The notes under the pieces: generated by a model
Databases searched by the model: none
What the model saw: the letters and a program-made list of their open reading frames with translations, nothing else
Told to the model about the DNA's origin: nothing
Translations under genes and position numbers: made by a program
Origin: Octopus sinensis
Lineage: Eukaryota
DNA length: 34,915 nucleotides
Assembly (NCBI RefSeq): GCF_006345805.1
Contig: NW_021829891.1
Location: 1-34,915, forward strand
Direction: 5' to 3'
In this document: one piece after another, positions 1-10,375 of the stretch
Layout of the letters: every line of letters begins with the position of its first letter
Numbering within the stretch: position 1 is the stretch's first letter

Positions 1-221
1 GGACGGGATGCCAGTCCACCACAGCGTTACTCAAGAAGCAGGAAGAGAGAGTGAGAGAAAGTTGAGTACAACAGGGGTCGCCACCACCCCCTGCCGGAGC
101 CTCGTGGGGCTTTTAGGTGTTTTCGCTCAATAAACACACACAACGCCCGGTCTGGGAATCGAAACCGCGATCCTCCGACCGCGAGTCCGTTGCCCTAACC
201 ACTGGGCCATTGCGCCTCCAC
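1..221 (-). mobile_element. tRNA-derived SINE, family 1 (3' part beyond window edge)
   Basis: Minus strand begins GTGGAGGCGCAATGGCCCAGTGGTTAGGG (A box) and GGTTTCGATTCCC (B box); closely matches 18480-18702 and 20642-20948. Confidence 0.9.
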
Positions 222-654
222 AGTCCTAGATACTAAACATCTAAAATGAGATAGGATTAGTACATCTAGAACGTCTTTTACATAGATCTGCTTAATCAGG
301 ACTATGTTTTGGTTAAACATTATCAACACGATGTTACGTATAGGTATCTAAGACCGATATTTTAGTTTGTAAGCGTGGGCAATATGAAAATACGTCATAA
401 TAAAATGCACACTTTTAGCTTTGGGCTCAACTAAAGGCAGTTAGATAAGATATTACTATTAATATATAGTGACTAAATCTCACTGAAATAAGAACACTCT
501 TCATTGGACTGTCCTATGAAAGATAGCAAGCCGACATTTCGAAGTCACTGTCATCACTATTTTTGTGAAAAAATAAATATGTAATGTACAAAAAGTGTTG
601 AGTAATCCTCCAGTTTATTGTAAAACTATTTTCATATAACTTGATATAAAAGTA

Positions 655-708
655 TATATATCTTGAGCATATATCTTGATATATATATATCTTGAGCTAT
701 ATATCTTG

Positions 709-755
<47 letters not shown>
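655..755. repeat. (TA)n microsatellite with a short TATATATCTTGA-type repeat at its left edge
   Basis: Direct reading. Confidence 0.95.
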
Positions 756-756
<1 letters not shown>

Positions 757-763
757 TGGATTA

Positions 764-1010
764 GTGTTCTGTCTTGCCTTCGAAACATGCTTGAGTCTAC
801 TAGCGACAGCTGATGACGGTTTTTTTCCCTTGTGTAGCACGTCCTGTAACTGTTTTTTTTGTCTTTTTTTTTTTTCCCGTTTCTTCTACTCTTGTTGTGG
901 TGTCTTGTACTCACGTTATAATTATTATATATGCATGTATATATACATGTAGATGTAGGTACGTATATATATGTTTGTATGTATGCATATATTTTTATTT
1001 ATCACACACC
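764..1010 (+). repeat. Unclassified interspersed repeat (family U), copy A
   Basis: Shares GTCTTGCCTTCGAAAC, GACAGCTGATGA, GTGGTGTC(C/T)TGTACTCACG and ATGCATGTATATATACATGTAGATGTAGGTACGTA with the reverse complements of 4226-4830 and, in part, 25663-26245. Confidence 0.8.
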
Positions 1011-1269
1011 ACACACACACACACCACCACACACAATATATATATATATATACATATATTATATATATATATATATCTGTAAATGAATTGTAATATGTGA
1101 CAATTATTCGGTGCCCTTGATAATTGTCACTTATTACATTTACAGATAAATTCCTCTATTTACATAATATCGAGGTCTCTTTCATTCTTTTGTTTTCTTA
1201 CCATTTTTATCAATATATATATATATATATATATAAATATATAAATATATATATATATAAACACATGCG

Positions 1270-1441
1270 AGTGTGTGTGTGTGTGTGTGAGTGTGTGTGT
1301 GTGTGAGTGTGTGTGTGTCTGTGTGAGTGTGTGCGTGTGTGAGTGTCTGTGTGAGTGTGTGTGTGTCTGTGTGAGTGTGAGTGTGTGTGTGTGTGTGTGT
1401 GTCTGTGTGTGTGTGTGTGTGTGTGTGAGTGTGTGTGTGTA
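1270..1441. repeat. (TG)n compound microsatellite
   Basis: Direct reading. Confidence 0.95.
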
Positions 1442-1610
1442 ACTATAGTAAAGCAATCCAACTTAGCACATCAGACAATCTCTGATACTTTCCACGATCT
1501 TACTCTCAGATTAACGATATTTTGAAACACTAAGACCGTCCAATCAATCCAGATTCACTTTTAAAGAAAAGTTAAAAGGTACAAGGGTATTTATAAGTGT
1601 TCTTTTTATC

Positions 1611-1786
1611 TGCTTGCTAACTATTTCTTTTCTTCTCATTTCAGAGGAAATAAGTGGACAAGTTAAAGTCTACTCTGAAGATGGCTGCTAGTATAATTAA
1701 AAGCTTGACTGACATTTCATTTCTATTTAGTACTGATGAAATTATGCAGCCTATATTTAGAAGCTATTTGAGAAGATTGGCTCAAC
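1611..1786 (+). other. Candidate 3' splice site and exon start (exon would begin at 1645)
   Basis: GCTAAC branch-point-like motif (1616-1621), pyrimidine tract TATTTCTTTTCTTCTCATTT, then CAG ending at 1644, followed by unique sequence. No strong donor before a repeat starts at 1787. Confidence 0.35.
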
Positions 1787-1961
1787 AGATGGGCTACAGC
1801 AAATATTCTGCTCAGCACCACAGATTAGTTTGTCAGTTGTTTGACCGTAACCAGTTGAGCATGTCCTTAAGTGGCTGACGATATGTGCATCTCTGATCAC
1901 GAGCAGGAGCAGTGGGGGAGCATCAAAGCCATGTATTGAAATTATTTCTTTGGGGTTTGGA
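1787..1961 (-). mobile_element. Fragment of TACA-associated interspersed repeat (family B)
   Basis: Near-identical to 3256-3430. Confidence 0.85.
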
Positions 1962-1973
1962 ATACATACAAAC

Positions 1974-2145
1974 ATACCCTGTTGCATGTGTTAAAATTCC
2001 AATGAAGGAGCATTAGATCTAGGTTAGAAACCGGCTGTTTCTCTTGAAATAAGGACATACTTAATGAGCGCGCAAGGAGCCCGCTACTCCACTTCAGCGT
2101 TAATCTCGAATTAACCTGATGTGATTAATTCTTCCTACTAGCTTT
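1974..2145 (-). mobile_element. TACA-tailed interspersed repeat (family A), 172 bp
   Basis: Three substitutions by eye relative to 5633-5804; diverged inverted copy at 9181-9280; each copy abuts a TACA/TATG tract. Confidence 0.85.
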
Positions 2146-2614
2146 GGCTCAACATCAAATAGGTCAACCGTTCTTCTTGTCATTTATCTATTTAATTCTA
2201 CACAAGCATACTCATTCCATACACAAATATGCGCATACAGCTTTCCTTTTGATAATAAGATTTCATTTAGAAATATACCTTGAAATTAATGTCGTGGAGT
2301 CAAATTCTCAGGTGTTCAGGCTGAATTAGATTTTAAAATGTCTTCTCTCAAAACAGCGCAAACAAGCTTGAAACGTTGATTTAGATAAGCTGCCACCATT
2401 AATCAGAATATTGCGGGTACAACCGTTAATAGATATGATTGTGACTCATGCAATACACACAAAAGCACACAAGAAAAACACAATATGCGCAGAACTATAA
2501 GATAATTTCATTTGTTCAGTCATGCGTTCATTTATTTATTTATTCATACATACATACATACATACATACATACATACATACATACATACATACATACATA
2601 CATACATACATACA

Positions 2615-3111
2615 TGAAGGCCGTCCACTCGTGACCGAGGAAGACCACTGCCGACCTTCAGGAACATTGTGCGCTCTAGGACTAACTTATATTTTGCATT
2701 TGCAGCTCCGTTGGTGGCTAATGAGCCCTGCTCTTGACAAGCATACACGACTGCAAACATTGCAGACCAAGCTTTACCCATTCACTATACGAGCTATGCG
2801 CTTTCGCACAGCTCGCTTAAGTTCTTCATGCTGGATACGTGCTCTCTCAAAAGTGTCGATCCCCTCCTTAACCTGCTTCCTCCATCTGTGGCGATGACAG
2901 GCATTGTTCTCCCAGTCAGTGTCCTGTATATCAAAAGCCTTTAACGAGGACTTAACACAGTCCTTAAATCGTAGCCTTGGTTTCTGCCGGAGTCTCCTTC
3001 CATTCACAAGTTCTCCATAGAGCATCTGCTTAGGAATCCTTCTATCCTCCATTCTAATAAGGTGTCCAGTCCAACGCAACCGGTGCTTGTGTACCATCGC
3101 CTCAATACTCA
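2615..3111 (-). mobile_element. 5'-truncated RTE-clade LINE: ORF C-terminus, C2HC-like zinc finger and 3'UTR
   Basis: Translation HRLRWTGHLIRMEDRRIPKQMLYGELVNGRR..KPRLRFKDCVK is typical of the RTE post-RT region. After one in-frame TAA (2774-2776) the same frame reads SLVCNVCSRVCLSRAGLISHQRSCKCKI* (stop 2687-2689). (TATG)n tracts lie at both ends on the element strand. Confidence 0.92.
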
Positions 3112-3171
3112 ATACATACATACATACATACATACATACATACATACATACATACATACATACATACATAC

Positions 3172-3716
3172 GTGGCCCTCATGGCTTCTGATCTTAACTG
3201 ATTGGACATTGTTATGGACATAACTGTTATGGACATTGTTTTGTCTTGGTATAAAAGATGGGCTACAGTAAATATTCTGCTCAGCACCACAGATTAGCTT
3301 GTCAGTTGTTTGACCGTAACCAGTTGAGCATATCCTTAAGTGGCTGACGATATGTGCATCTCTGATCACGAGCAGGAGCAGTGGGGGAGCATCAAAGCCA
3401 TGTATTGAAAATATTTCTTTGGGGTTTGGATAATTTACCTTTGAAAACGTGGGTATTTTGTTCAACATCCTTAACCACCCTTATTCAGGGTCTTTTGAGC
3501 GGGATGGGCTCGACCTAAAGAAAATTCTAATTGGACCCCACCTGCAAGGTCATGTGCTGTTCATCTTGACATAAGATCACTATGTCGCGCAGATATTGTT
3601 GTGATGCATGTGCCTGGGTATCCTTATCAGACGGGTAGTCATGATGGGTATACTGGGCTTCGTATATTTTACCCCAGTGTCATGCACTGGCATGCACTGG
3701 TCTCTCACTCAATAAT
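3172..3716 (-). mobile_element. About 545-bp interspersed repeat (family B) between TACA tracts
   Basis: Internal part duplicated at 1787-1961; bounded by (TACA)n at 3112-3171 and GATACATACATG at 3717; no tRNA head or ORF recognised. Confidence 0.7.
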
Positions 3717-4142
3717 GATACATACATGCATGCATATATGCACACAAACCTAGCTACTTACCTACCTGTCTGGCACTTCGTCGGTTACAACGCCGTGGGT
3801 GCCAGTTGATCTGACCCCCCCCCAAAAAAAAACCCAGTTACAAGCTAGATCTCTAACAAGTCTTTCTTCCTGATACATTAGTAGCTTCTAAGCTGAAGTG
3901 AACACAGCATGTTCTTTGTCTATCTCCTTACCTTCTTGGGGGTTTTAGGTAAAATTATTCTAATGTGTCCATCTGTTTTAATTTAATTTAATTTAATTCT
4001 ATGTCTTTACGCAGCAGAGGATTGCTCCGCATTTAAATTGATGTAATGATTACATTGTTCAATTACATGGAGTTGCTTGAAACGATCATACTGCATTACC
4101 TCTGGATATCCTCCTTGTTGCTTTATTTGATTATATATATGC

Positions 4143-4225
<83 letters not shown>

Positions 4226-4227
<2 letters not shown>

Positions 4228-4830
4228 AAACAGTACTGGGAGAATAAGAAACAGAACGAAGCGAACGAATCGAATCGAACCCGACGCGAGGGCGCTGTCA
4301 AACAATAGTGTAATAAATAAAATATATGCATACATACAAACATATATGTACGTACCTACATCTACATGTATATATACATGCATATATAAATATATATACA
4401 CGTGAGTACAGGACACCACAACTAGACGTAGAACTCAACGAGAAACGAAAACGGAAAAACCATTTTTTTACAACAGAAAAAAAAACAGAGTACAGGACAT
4501 ACCACACAAGGAAAAATCCCCTTCATCAGCTGTCACTAGTTCGGCTCCAGCGTGTTTCGAAGGCAAGACAAGACACGACTCGCCAAACCAGTCCTTCCTG
4601 CGAGAGAATTAAAATAAAATTGCCTCGCAGAGGGGTAAAAACAAGCAAGAAAAAAATGTAACACAAACAGGACGTAAAAACGATACAAATAAAACTACAA
4701 AATAAAATACAAGATAAAAATACATGTACAAGAAAATACAATACGAGAAATAAAAATAAACAAGAAAACAAACAAGAAAACAAACGAAAAGGCCTTTTTT
4801 CTGGCTGAGACGGAGGAGATTCTAGCAGCG
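4226..4830 (-). repeat. Family U repeat, copy B, between two (TA)n tracts
   Basis: Reverse complement aligns by eye with 764-1010 and 25663-26245. Confidence 0.8.
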
Positions 4831-4884
4831 CATGAGAACACAAATGTGTGTCTTTACAGTTTGAAATATATATATATATATATA

Positions 4885-4957
<73 letters not shown>

Positions 4958-4960
4958 TGT

Positions 4961-4999
<39 letters not shown>

Positions 5000-5348
5000 A
5001 TAGGAGTATGTTGAGATATAGATGTTTACCAAATAGTCATTCGGAATGATGTTTGGCAGTACGGTGTCAAGCTGGCAAGGATCGCTAACTATCAAAGGAT
5101 ATTACCAGCAGCTAGTCTACAGAGCAGCGGGACAGATACTGACACACTTAATAGTGTGTTTTATTTAAATTTATTGTATGCTTTATTTTCCTTATTATTT
5201 GTATCATTATATTATTTTCCTTAATTACTTCCTGTTTGTATCCACAGCTTAGCAACATAATCTATTCTTTGGCATTCTTTCTCAATGTATTTTAGATACG
5301 ACTACTATCAACATGCTCTAGTTGTCATTAAGAGCGAAACATTACTTA

Positions 5349-5547
5349 TGTAACGAGAATCTGTGTTGCATCACCTGATGGGATGCATCTACATTGTAGG
5401 GTACACCATAATTCGCGAGGGAGCGATACAGGATGTGTCGAAACGATTGTCGTGATAAAGTTTCCAGTAAATTCTATCTTTCGTATCCAGAGCCTTGTAT
5501 CTTTGTTGGAAACCGACTCCCTCCTCGGTGGAAGATTTATAATAACT
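5349..5547 (+). mobile_element. Possible short LTR-like remnant
   Basis: Begins TGTAAC and is a high-complexity island among microsatellites; no matching CA end or TSD found. Confidence 0.2.
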
Positions 5548-5632
5548 AAAAAAATAGAAGAGACACACACACATACATACATACATACATACATACATAC
5601 ATACATACATACATACATACATACATACAAAA

Positions 5633-5804
5633 ATACCCTGTTGCATGTGTTGAAATTCCAATGAAGGAGCATTAGATCTAGGTTAGAAACCGGCTGTTTC
5701 TCTTGAAATAAGGACATACTTAATGAGCGCGCAAGGAGCCCGCTACTCCACTTCAGCGTTAATCTCGAATTAACCCGATGTGATTAATTCTTCCTACCAG
5801 CTTT
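5633..5804 (-). mobile_element. Family A repeat, second copy
   Basis: Same 172-bp extent as 1974-2145; preceded by (TACA)n at 5572-5628. Confidence 0.85.
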
Positions 5805-6029
5805 ATTGTTCCTCATAATGTTCCTATTGTTTCATCTCTGCCTTGTCTTCAAACTTCTGTTTGTTCTTCTTATTGTTCTTCTTATTGTTCTTGTTCTGAT
5901 TCTATCCCTCTCCTTCTCCTTCTTCTCTTCTCTTTTTCTCCAGGTCCCCCATCTTCGCTCACCTCAATTGTCCTATAATCGATTCATTTATCAATATTAT
6001 TGTCACCCAACTTCTGCTAGAGTCAGCCA

Positions 6030-6546
6030 CATTGACTACACCTCACCACCACCAACATCGACACCACTACCTCTTCTGTGCAACCTCTACCACCTCCACT
6101 ACCAAGACCACCGTCGCTACCGCCACCGGTACCATCAGCACCACCAGCACTACCAGCATAACACCACCATCACTGCCACCACTGCCACCACTGCCACCAC
6201 TGCCACCACTACTACTCTGCTACCACTACCACTACCACTAAAGCCACTGCCACCACCACCACCACCACCACCACCAGTACTACAACCACAACTACCATCA
6301 CTACCACTAGCATGACCACCACTACAAACACAACTACCTTCAACCACCAAGCACGCTCATAGCCCCTACAGCCTCTATCACCTTCATTGCCGTCGCCATC
6401 TCTGCAGCAAAAGCCGCCGCCATCACCACCATCACCACCGCCACCACCACCACCACCATCACCACCAAAACGGCCACAAAAACCACCACCACAACCACAT
6501 CTGCCAACACCAGCACCAGCACCAGCACCATCATCATCATCATCAT

Positions 6547-6577
<31 letters not shown>

Positions 6578-8600
6578 CCATTTCTGTCATCATCGTTTTC
6601 TTCATGACCAACATCCACCACCACCACCACCACCACCACCACCATCATCATCATCACCATCACCACCACCTCCACCACAACCCCCAAAACTGTGATCATG
6701 ATCATCGTCGTCGTCGTCGTCGTCGTCGTCATCATCATCTCCATCACCTGCAGCAGCAGCAACAGAAGCAACAGCAGCAGCACCTCCACCACCACCAACA
6801 CCACCACCAACACCACCACCACATTTCTTATCTTCTGTATCTCCTCCACCCTCGCTGTCCCCTCTCTATAAATGACAGTCATGGTGACATCCGACTTGTC
6901 TTCAAGAAACGACTTCACCTTTACACGACCTTTTTGAACAAAGGCTATATATTATGAGTGGATAAAGCGCCACCTCACCTCCGATTACCAGATGCAGCAC
7001 AACCCCACCCCCGACTTCCACCTCTACATCTCACCACAACCAAACCCTCCACCGTCGTCACCATCACCATTAACACCACCACTGCCAACGCCATAACTAC
7101 CATCATCACCATCATCGCTACCATCTAATCCATAACCACCGCTACCACCACCACCAACACCGCCAATACCACCACCACCACCACCACCACCAAAACCGTA
7201 ACCATCGCCACCACCACCACCAGAATCATTACTACCACTACTACTACCATCATCATCAAACCCATAACCATCGCTACCATCATCCAAATTACCACCACCA
7301 CCACCACCATCAGAACCATGCCATCACCACCAACGCAAGCACCACCACTACCACCACCACTACCACCACCAAACCCATAACCGTCGCAACCACCACCTCT
7401 AGCACTGTAACCATAATCACCACCACCATCAGACCATTCCCATCCAAACAACATCCACCACTTCTAGCACCATAACCATCACCACCACCACCACCACCAC
7501 CAGCAGCAGCAGTAGCAGCAGCAGCAGCACCACCACCACCACCATCAGCCTGACAACCAGTACCAAAACTATCATCAAATTCATCACCGCCTCCTCCCAC
7601 TACCGACACCAAATCCGTCGCTACTACCAGCACCACTACCAAAACCAACATTCCAAACACAACAACCAAGACAACAACCTTAATTCTCACCAAATCTACA
7701 AACACCACTAACTAGTTCTTGAGAACCTTATCACTATTGAAAGCGCATAGCTCAGTGGTTAGAGCGTCGGGCTCACAGTCATGAAGTAGTGAGTTCGATT
7801 CCCGGACCGGGCTCTGTGTTGTGTTCCTGAGTAAAGCACTTTATTTCACCTTGCTCCAGTTCACTCAGCTCTAGAAATGAGTTGTGACGTCATTAGTGCC
7901 AAGCTGTAATCGGTCTTTCCCTTGGAAATAGGAAATGTCCCAGACCGGGCTGTGTTTTGTGTTCCTGAGCAAGGCACTTTATTTCACCTTGCTCCAGTTC
8001 ACTCAGCTCTAGAAATGAGTTGTGACGTCATTAGTGCCAAGCTGTAATCGGTCTTTCCCTTGGAAATAGGAAATGAAATAAAGCACTAAATAGGAATTAA
8101 AATTCAACCTTGGATGGATTAGTGCTTCGGAGTGTAATCTAGGTGAAATCTTATGGTCATTCAAAACCGAAACCATAACCATAGCCACCATCATCCAAAC
8201 CACCGCCACCACCACCAGAACCATAACTATCACCATCACCACCAATACCACCACCACCACAACCACCACCACCACCACCACCACTAAAACCATAACCATC
8301 ACCACCACCAAAATCATTACTACCAATACTACTACCATCACCACCAAACTCTTAACCATCGCCACCAACATCCAAACTACCGCCACCACCACCAGAACCA
8401 TAACCATCGCCATCACCACCAACGCAACCGCCGCCACCACTACCACCACCAAACCCACAGCCATCGCAACCCTAACCCTAACCCTAGTAATGTTACCAAA
8501 ATCATCCACCACCATGACAACTACCACTATCTCTAAACCTACTTCCATGTTCAAATCTTCGACATTGCTATCGTTGCTACCAAAACCGTTGCTGCTGTTA
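6030..8600 (-). repeat. Triplet-periodic low-complexity tract (GGT/GAT/AGT on minus); possibly a decayed Gly-rich coding sequence
   Basis: Recurring GYG/GFG, DG and GCC peptide motifs in the Gly frame; paralogous blocks at about 7180-7430 and 8270-8515; several frameshifts and stops. Confidence 0.75.
7743..8085 (+). mobile_element. tRNA-derived SINE, family 5, with tandem duplication of its 3' ~140 bp
   Basis: A box TAGCTCAGTGG, B box GTTCGATTC; the body ...CACTTTATTTCACCTTGCTCCAG...GGAAATAGGAAATG occurs at about 7799-7938 and again at 7939-8075. Confidence 0.9.
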
Positions 8601-9180
8601 CAAACGACGTAATCTTCGGCGAACCAAATCAGAGAGCCTCCGTGAGGTTGTTTTACTACTGGAAGAAAGCGGCCAGATCTCCTTCAAGTAACACTTTATC
8701 TCTTACAAATATGAGAACATTAGATGACGTAGTCTGGGAAATACTATGCCTTGAACGACAAAAAAACCCCCAAAGAAAAAACAACAACGCAACAACAATG
8801 GGATGACCGCTGCTGGAACACTTCTTTTATTGATCCGCTTGGTCAGGGTAATCTTCGAGCTAAACAACAACAGCAACAGCAACAACAACAACAACAACAG
8901 AAGAAGCACAGTATCTTACGGTCACCATTCTCCCATGAGTCTAGTCTTGGCGCATATGAGCAGATCGCTTTATTTTATTCCCAACTTTCGTTGTTACCTC
9001 ATTAACATAATTTTAGAGGGTTACTGTACAACTGCATTGTCTTCTCATGGTGTGTCTCCGTGTATGTATGTATGATGTATGTATGTATGTATGTATGTAT
9101 GTATGTATGTATGTATGTATGTATGTATGTATGTATGCATGCATACATGCATGTATGCATTTATCCATATCATTATTCAG

Positions 9181-9280
9181 TTTTATTTCAAGATTTCTTG
9201 CCAATAGAGAAAGAGCCAGTTTCTAGCCTAGATCCAAGGCTCCTTCATTGGAACTTCAACACAAACAACAGGGCATTTTC
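9181..9280 (+). mobile_element. Family A repeat, diverged 3' fragment
   Basis: Matches the reverse complement of 5633-5720 with a ~14-nt insertion; followed by (TATG)n. Confidence 0.75.
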
Positions 9281-9340
9281 TATGTATGTATGTATGTATG
9301 TATGTATGTATGTATGTATGTATGTATGTATGTATGTATG

Positions 9341-9610
9341 CAGATTTGTATGTTTTGTTTTAAGTATATCTTCTCATGCATATACTTGCATATCTAGACA
9401 TGCTCGTATATACTTAAATGATAAACTTCTGGAAAGTTGTACAAAGTTTTAGTTTCGTGATGGTTTTGATCTGTAGTCTTCGAATCAGCTTTCTCCTGTC
9501 TGGTTTTGAGAAGCCTAATTTCTTAAGATTGGTATTTGGGTAGTGTGTTACATATACCAGTACCCGATTAGTTACATGTATAAAATTGAACTTGTAATCT
9601 GGATAGAGTG
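9341..9610 (-). mobile_element. 3' end of an R4/Dong-like (restriction-like endonuclease) non-LTR retrotransposon
   Basis: Translation LYPDYKFNFIHVTNRVLVYVTHYPNTNLKKLGFSK...KLCTTFQKFII* resembles a decayed 'P-V-I-I-G-A-L-G...L..LG' C-terminus of RLE LINEs; stop at 9414-9416; short 3'UTR; (CATA)n at both ends on the element strand. Confidence 0.7.
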
Positions 9611-10375
9611 TGTATGTATGTATGTATGTATGTATGTATGTATGTATGTATGTACGTATGTATGCATGTACGTATGTGTGTATGCATGTTAGCCTTAAGC
9701 GCGGACACAGCTTCCATAGATAGTACAAAACAAATAAAACATAATTTACGGAACTTATTAATCAGCGTGTCTCATACATTTCGTCCCATATGGAATTCGA
9801 TGGGGATTCTAATAAGATGACCGCTTCTACATGACTCCAAGGTCAAATAATAATAATTGCTAACTATGTAATTATAATTATTTGGGTGTGGGGAAAGGAA
9901 CTGGTAAACACTACATATGTTTCCAAGGAAAGTCGACCGGAAGTTATGTAATTTTAGTTAACCTTTATGTATGTATGTATGTATGTATGTATGTATGTAT
10001 GTGTATATATATATATATGGTCAACTGTGTATCATCTAAATGTATATACTCCATTGAAAGGCATGATGCCAGGGCATTTGTCTGAAAGAAAATCTCTTCC
10101 AAGACCTGTGTTAAAACGTATATGGAAGCAGGACAAACACCGTCGCAGCAGTGTCTCACTAGAATAACTGACGCATTTCGGCCTGATGTGGCTAGTTAGT
10201 ATGGTGCACCTGCTTGTCACTTGCGTAGACGAAACACACTTACCTGAACGAAACCTGTGCTTCTTCAATATTTAGGATACAGTGAAGAATATATAATGAC
10301 TAGAACAGCAAACTCTGAGTGATTTTAATTAATAGTTTCAATTGCATTCTCCGAGGTTTTTTTTTTTATTTACAG

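Noticed and set aside
520-570. Minus-strand TGATGA...GAAATGTC hammerhead-like string
   Set aside because: C3 is missing and neither stem I nor stem II pairs.
775-830. Type-II hammerhead (GAAAC before CUGAUGA) in family U, also at 4515-4570 on minus
   Set aside because: No conserved NUH triplet (GUC in copy A only, GCC in B), stem I and III hairpins do not form, and copy C has CTGAATA.
5806-6957. Long poly-His/Pro/Thr/Val ORFs and an acceptor-like CCAG at 5943
   Set aside because: Triplet arrays lack stops by composition; no domain signal and no donor site.
7600-7708. Apparent signal peptide MLVLVVVLVVA ahead of the Gly-rich region
   Set aside because: It is the out-of-frame (GTG/GTA, Val) reading of GGT repeats; the Gly frame there reads GFGSGAGSSDGFG.
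10150-10260. GGCCGAAATGCGTCAG (minus) and CTGATGT...GAAAC (plus) hammerhead-like fragments
   Set aside because: No CUGANGA core correctly placed on the same strand.
10238-10262. Perfect minus-strand donor CAG|GTAAGT
   Set aside because: No convincing acceptor upstream, and a single 9-mer match is plausible by chance in 70 kb of both strands.
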